Assembly (NCBI RefSeq): GCF_009914755.1 | Contig: NC_060930.1 | Source of the DNA: the human T2T-CHM13v2.0 reference genome, Homo sapiens | Strand: one strand, 5' to 3' | Length of the DNA: 64,000 nucleotides | In this document: piece by piece, positions 60,035-64,000 of the stretch | Layout: the number at the start of each line of letters is the position of its first letter | Position numbering within the stretch: position 1 is the first letter of the stretch | Made by a program: the position numbers and the translations under genes | The notes under the pieces: model-generated | Told to the model about the DNA's origin: nothing | Database searches by the model: none | What the model saw: the letters and a program-made list of their open reading frames with translations, nothing else

Positions 60035-60528
60035 AAATTGCTTCATCAAGTGGTTTTTATGACTGTCAAGTACAGTTGTTATGAAGAAAATATAGGAAAA
60101 CAAAAATAGACTTTGATATGTGATGAAAAATCAGTTATTATCATTAGAAACACAAAGATTATTTTAAAACTCTTAAATATTGCTAAGTCTTGGGAACAAA
60201 GATGTTAAAAGCATAACGGTTATACAAGAATTACAGCAGGCAAGATTTAAATATACTATCGCCTAGATCAATACATTAATAAGTTACTTTGGATAAGGGA
60301 AAAATACAAATGTTTTCTAGAATAAAAGATATTAATGATGTAGTTTTCTTTTTCTTTATTATCTTTGATGCTACCATGTTATAACTATGATTTTTTATGA
60401 CACATTACAGAGGCTAGGAAAGTCAGCAGGTTATTGCAAATATTACAGAAACAGGAATCTTTATCAATTATCCTACAATTCTTCTGTAACTATAAAAATA
60501 ATGTATTTAACAATTAAATATTTTTTTA

Positions 60529-60834
60529 GGCTGGGTACGGTGGCTCACGTCTGTAATCCCAGCACTTTGGGAGGTTGAGACGGGTGGATCACGAGGTCAG
60601 GAGTTCAAGATCAGCCTGGCCAAGATGGTGAAACCCTGTCTCTACTAAAAATACAAAAATTAGCAGGGCGTGGTGGCGGGTGCCTGTAATCCCAGCTACT
60701 TGGGAGGCTGAAGCAAAGAATTGCTTGAACCTGGGAGGCAGAGGTTGCAGTGAGCCAAGATTGCGCCACTGCACTCCATCCTGGGAGACAGAGCAAGACT
60801 CCATCTCAAAGAAAATAATAATAATAATAATAAT
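60529..60834 (+). mobile_element. AluSg-like with (ATA)n tail
   Basis: ggatcacgaggtcaggagttcaag, ggccaagatggtg; full dimer. Confidence 0.95.
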
Positions 60835-60954
60835 TTTTATTGGATGTCTACTATGTACGATCTTAATTTGTGTCAGCAGCAACAGATGGTGAAAAGGATA
60901 ATATAAATTTAATTATTGAATTGTACTATATGAAGATAAACTATTCAAGGTACA

Positions 60955-62530
60955 GGAAAAGATAGTGATGGAAGTGTGCCATTTTAGATAGTATGATTAG
61001 AAAATATTTCACTGAAGAAATGCCTTTGGATAATAGAATTATTTAGTAGAGTGAGTTAGATATGTAGATATATGAAAGAAGAGCATTCTAGAAAGAAGAA
61101 ATAATATGTGTAAAGTCCTGTGGTGGTGTAAGTTATAGGATCAGCAAAGAATTTTGTGTGATTAGAGAGTTGTGAGCCAGGAAGAAATTTACCAGAGGTC
61201 AGTTGATGTGGAGCCTATATATGTCAAATTAAATACCTTGGATTATATCCTACTTGTAATAAAAATTAATGGAGGTTTTGTGCAAGCAAAGTGGACCTAT
61301 ATATATATATATATGTATATATATACACATATATATATACATATATATATACACACACATACATATATATATTTAAATTCATCTAAGCTGCTATATGGAA
61401 TATTTACTGTAGGGGTTCAAGGGTGCAAACAACAGGGTCATTTAGAAAGCCACTAGGGTAGACCAGAAGGCATATAATCATGGATTGTGCTAGAATGATT
61501 AAGATATTGGTAACAATGATTAAATTTGAGATGTTTGTGCTATATTGGGTAGAATAACTTGCAGATGTATTAGGTTTAGGGTGTAAGAATAAAAAAATGG
61601 GCTAAGTCTATGTCCTAAACAACTGTGAAAATGGCATTGTTGCTTACTGAGTTGGAAAACTTGAGGGAGGAGTAGCATTGATGTAGGTAAGAAGGAACGA
61701 AATTGGGGTTTTACATATTGTAAAGGTTAACATTAGATGCCAACTTGACTGGATGGAGGGATGCCTAAAAGGCTGGTAAAGTATTGTTTCTGGGTGTGCC
61801 TGTAAGGGTGTTGCCAGAGGAGACTGACATCTGAGTCAATGAATAGGGCAAGAAAGACCCACCCTCAATGTGGGTGGGCACCATCCAATCTGCTGCCAGC
61901 ATGGATAGAAGGAAGCAGTTGGGAGAAGGGGGATAAGGAGCTTGGTGAGTCCTCTTGATCTCTCTCTTCCTGTTTTGGACACTTGCTTCCCCTCCTCCTG
62001 ACCTTGGACATCAAACTCCAGGTTCTTCAGCCTTTGGACTCTGGGACATTAACCAGCAGCCTCCCAGGGGCTCTGAGGCCTTAGGACTCAGACTGAGGGC
62101 TACACTGTCAGCTTCTCTGGTTTCGAGGCTTTCAGACTTGGACTGAGCCATGCTACTGGCTTCTCTCTTTCACAAGCTTGCAGATGGCCTACTGCAGGCC
62201 TTTGCATTGTAATCATGTGAGCCAGCTCTCTCTAATAAACTCCCTTTTACATATACATATATCCTGTTGGTTCTGTCCCTCTGGAGAACCCTGACTAATA
62301 CACATATTAAGTTTGAGTCATCTAATAAATATTCAAGTGGCAATGTCGAGGAAATAGTTGGATAACTAAAACTAGATTTCAAAGCCAAAGTTGAGGTTAG
62401 AAATTAAATTTGGGAATAGTAAATACACAGATGCTATTTAAAGTCATTGGGCTAGATGATATCATTCAGAAATTATTTAGATGCCTGCTACAGCTCCAGT
62501 AGTGAAGTTTGAGCAACATGGAAAAGGACT
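60955..62530 (-). mobile_element. L2 fragments interrupted by a microsatellite (61298-61372) and MLT2
   Basis: cattttagatagtatgattagaaaata, gagcattctagaaagaagaaataa, gtgaaaatggcattgttgcttactgag, gctatttaaagtcattgggctagatga. Confidence 0.6.
61719..62302 (+). mobile_element. MLT2A2-like HERV-L solo LTR
   Basis: tgtaaaggttaacattagatgccaacttgactgg...tctgtccctctggagaaccctgactaataca; exact 5-bp TSD catat at 61714-61718 and 62303-62307. Confidence 0.92.
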
Positions 62531-62944
62531 AGAAAGCTAATCTGAGAAGGAGCTCTTAGACCAGATCCAAAAAAGCCAATGTAGAATTGATAATTGGTGA
62601 TAATGATGACTCCGATTTGTTTTATTGGTGATTTCACTTCAATTTATTTCTACACCAATGAACAATAGGACAGAGGAAATACAAAATAAGATGTAAATAA
62701 ATGGATGCAGAAGCTCACCAATGTCTCTAAAATTTTTTGTAATGGAACAAGTGTATTCCAACAGGCAGGACACACTCTCCAGGAAATGAGAAACTTCCCG
62801 GGATGAAGGAGTAAGGGAGCCAGGAATGCTGCATTTTATAACATTAGAAGGGGAGCAGAGTCATGTTAGTGCTCAAGGATGTAACTAATTACAAGAAAGG
62901 GAGTTACTCAGAGCTGTACATTTATCAATTTTTATATTTCTTCC

Positions 62945-63278
62945 TTTTTTTTTTTTTTTTTTTTTCTGAGACGCTGTCTCACTGTCTTGCTCTCTCACCA
63001 TCTTGCTCTCTAGCCCAGGCTGGAGTGCAATGGCAACGTCTCCGCTCACTGGAACCTCCACCTCCTTGAATTCAAGCAATTCTCTTGCCTAAGCCTCCCA
63101 AGTAGCTGGACTACAGATGCGTGCCACCACGCCCGGCTAATTTTTGTATTTACTTTTAGTAGAGAGGCAGTTTCACCATGTTGGCCAGGCAGGTCTCAAA
63201 CTCCTGACCTAAAGTGATCCGCCCCCCTCTGGCTCCCAGACTGTTGGGATTACAAACGTGAGCAACGGCGCGCAGACC
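62945..63278 (-). mobile_element. AluS (Sx/Sz-like) with internal duplication
   Basis: Poly-T then antisense dimer; repeated tcttgctctct near the Alu 3' end. Confidence 0.92.
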
Positions 63279-64000
63279 TCTGTCACCTTTTTAACACTAA
63301 GCTATTGGATTTTTTTGTCAAGGCATGCCATTAGAGGCTGCCACAAAACAATAAAAGATAAAATTCAAAAATAAATGTTGTCCCAGAAGCCTAGTAAGAA
63401 TAATGTATTTATTTTTTAAACGTTAAGGTTCAATTTCTCAAGGAAAATGAGGTCATACAACTAACTATCTGAGTTGGCAAAATGGAGAGAAAAACTGAGG
63501 ATCTTCTGAACTCACAATACTTTTATCACTTAATGGAAAACTCTTCATTATTAAGACGCTAACATTAAGCCCAAATCACACATGTTGCATGCATGCAAAA
63601 GTGTTTTCACACATACACACACAAACAAACACAATTTTAAACTCTGGTATAATGTTAATGCACTTCCAAAAAAAACAAACAAAAAAAAACCCTGGTAGAA
63701 AATGGCACAAATAAAGTAATTTAGATACAGTTAAAATGTCCACAATTACTGAAAATATGTAATTATGTATTTAAATAATCATTTTGAGGTAAATTTTAGC
63801 CATTCGTTGTGAAACATAAAATTAATAATCATAAAGAATGATTTTAAAGAAAACGTAAGATTATTGAGAATAAAGTTGTAAGTCTAAATAACTTTCACTT
63901 GGAGGATGAGAAACACATTTTAAGTGTTAAGGTATAAATAGTAAATAGAATATTATATAATTAGTTTGAACTAATATAAAAATAACATAAATTTCTCTGT

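Overview
AT-rich, gene-poor primate (human/great-ape-like) genomic DNA dominated by transposable-element remnants: LINE-1s of several ages, six Alus, MaLR/ERVL/ERV1 solo LTRs, MIR/L2 fragments, MITEs and microsatellites. I recognise no host protein-coding exon, RNA gene or CRISPR-like array, and I cannot support a new multi-gene system. The main feature is a young L1PA2-like element at 47279-52385. It has a complete 5' UTR, an intact ORF1 and an ORF0. Its ORF2 stops at codon 498 and carries an internal deletion-inversion-deletion that removes the RT active site. It ends with an ~84-bp 3' transduction and a second poly(A) inside the target-site duplication. A ~425-bp polyadenylated, mRNA 3'-UTR-like retrocopy is hidden in an old L1 at 19266-19690. 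An L1PB insertion appears to have deleted target DNA. Subfamily names and consensus comparisons come from my memory of the consensus sequences, not from a RepeatMasker run, and boundaries of old repeats are approximate.
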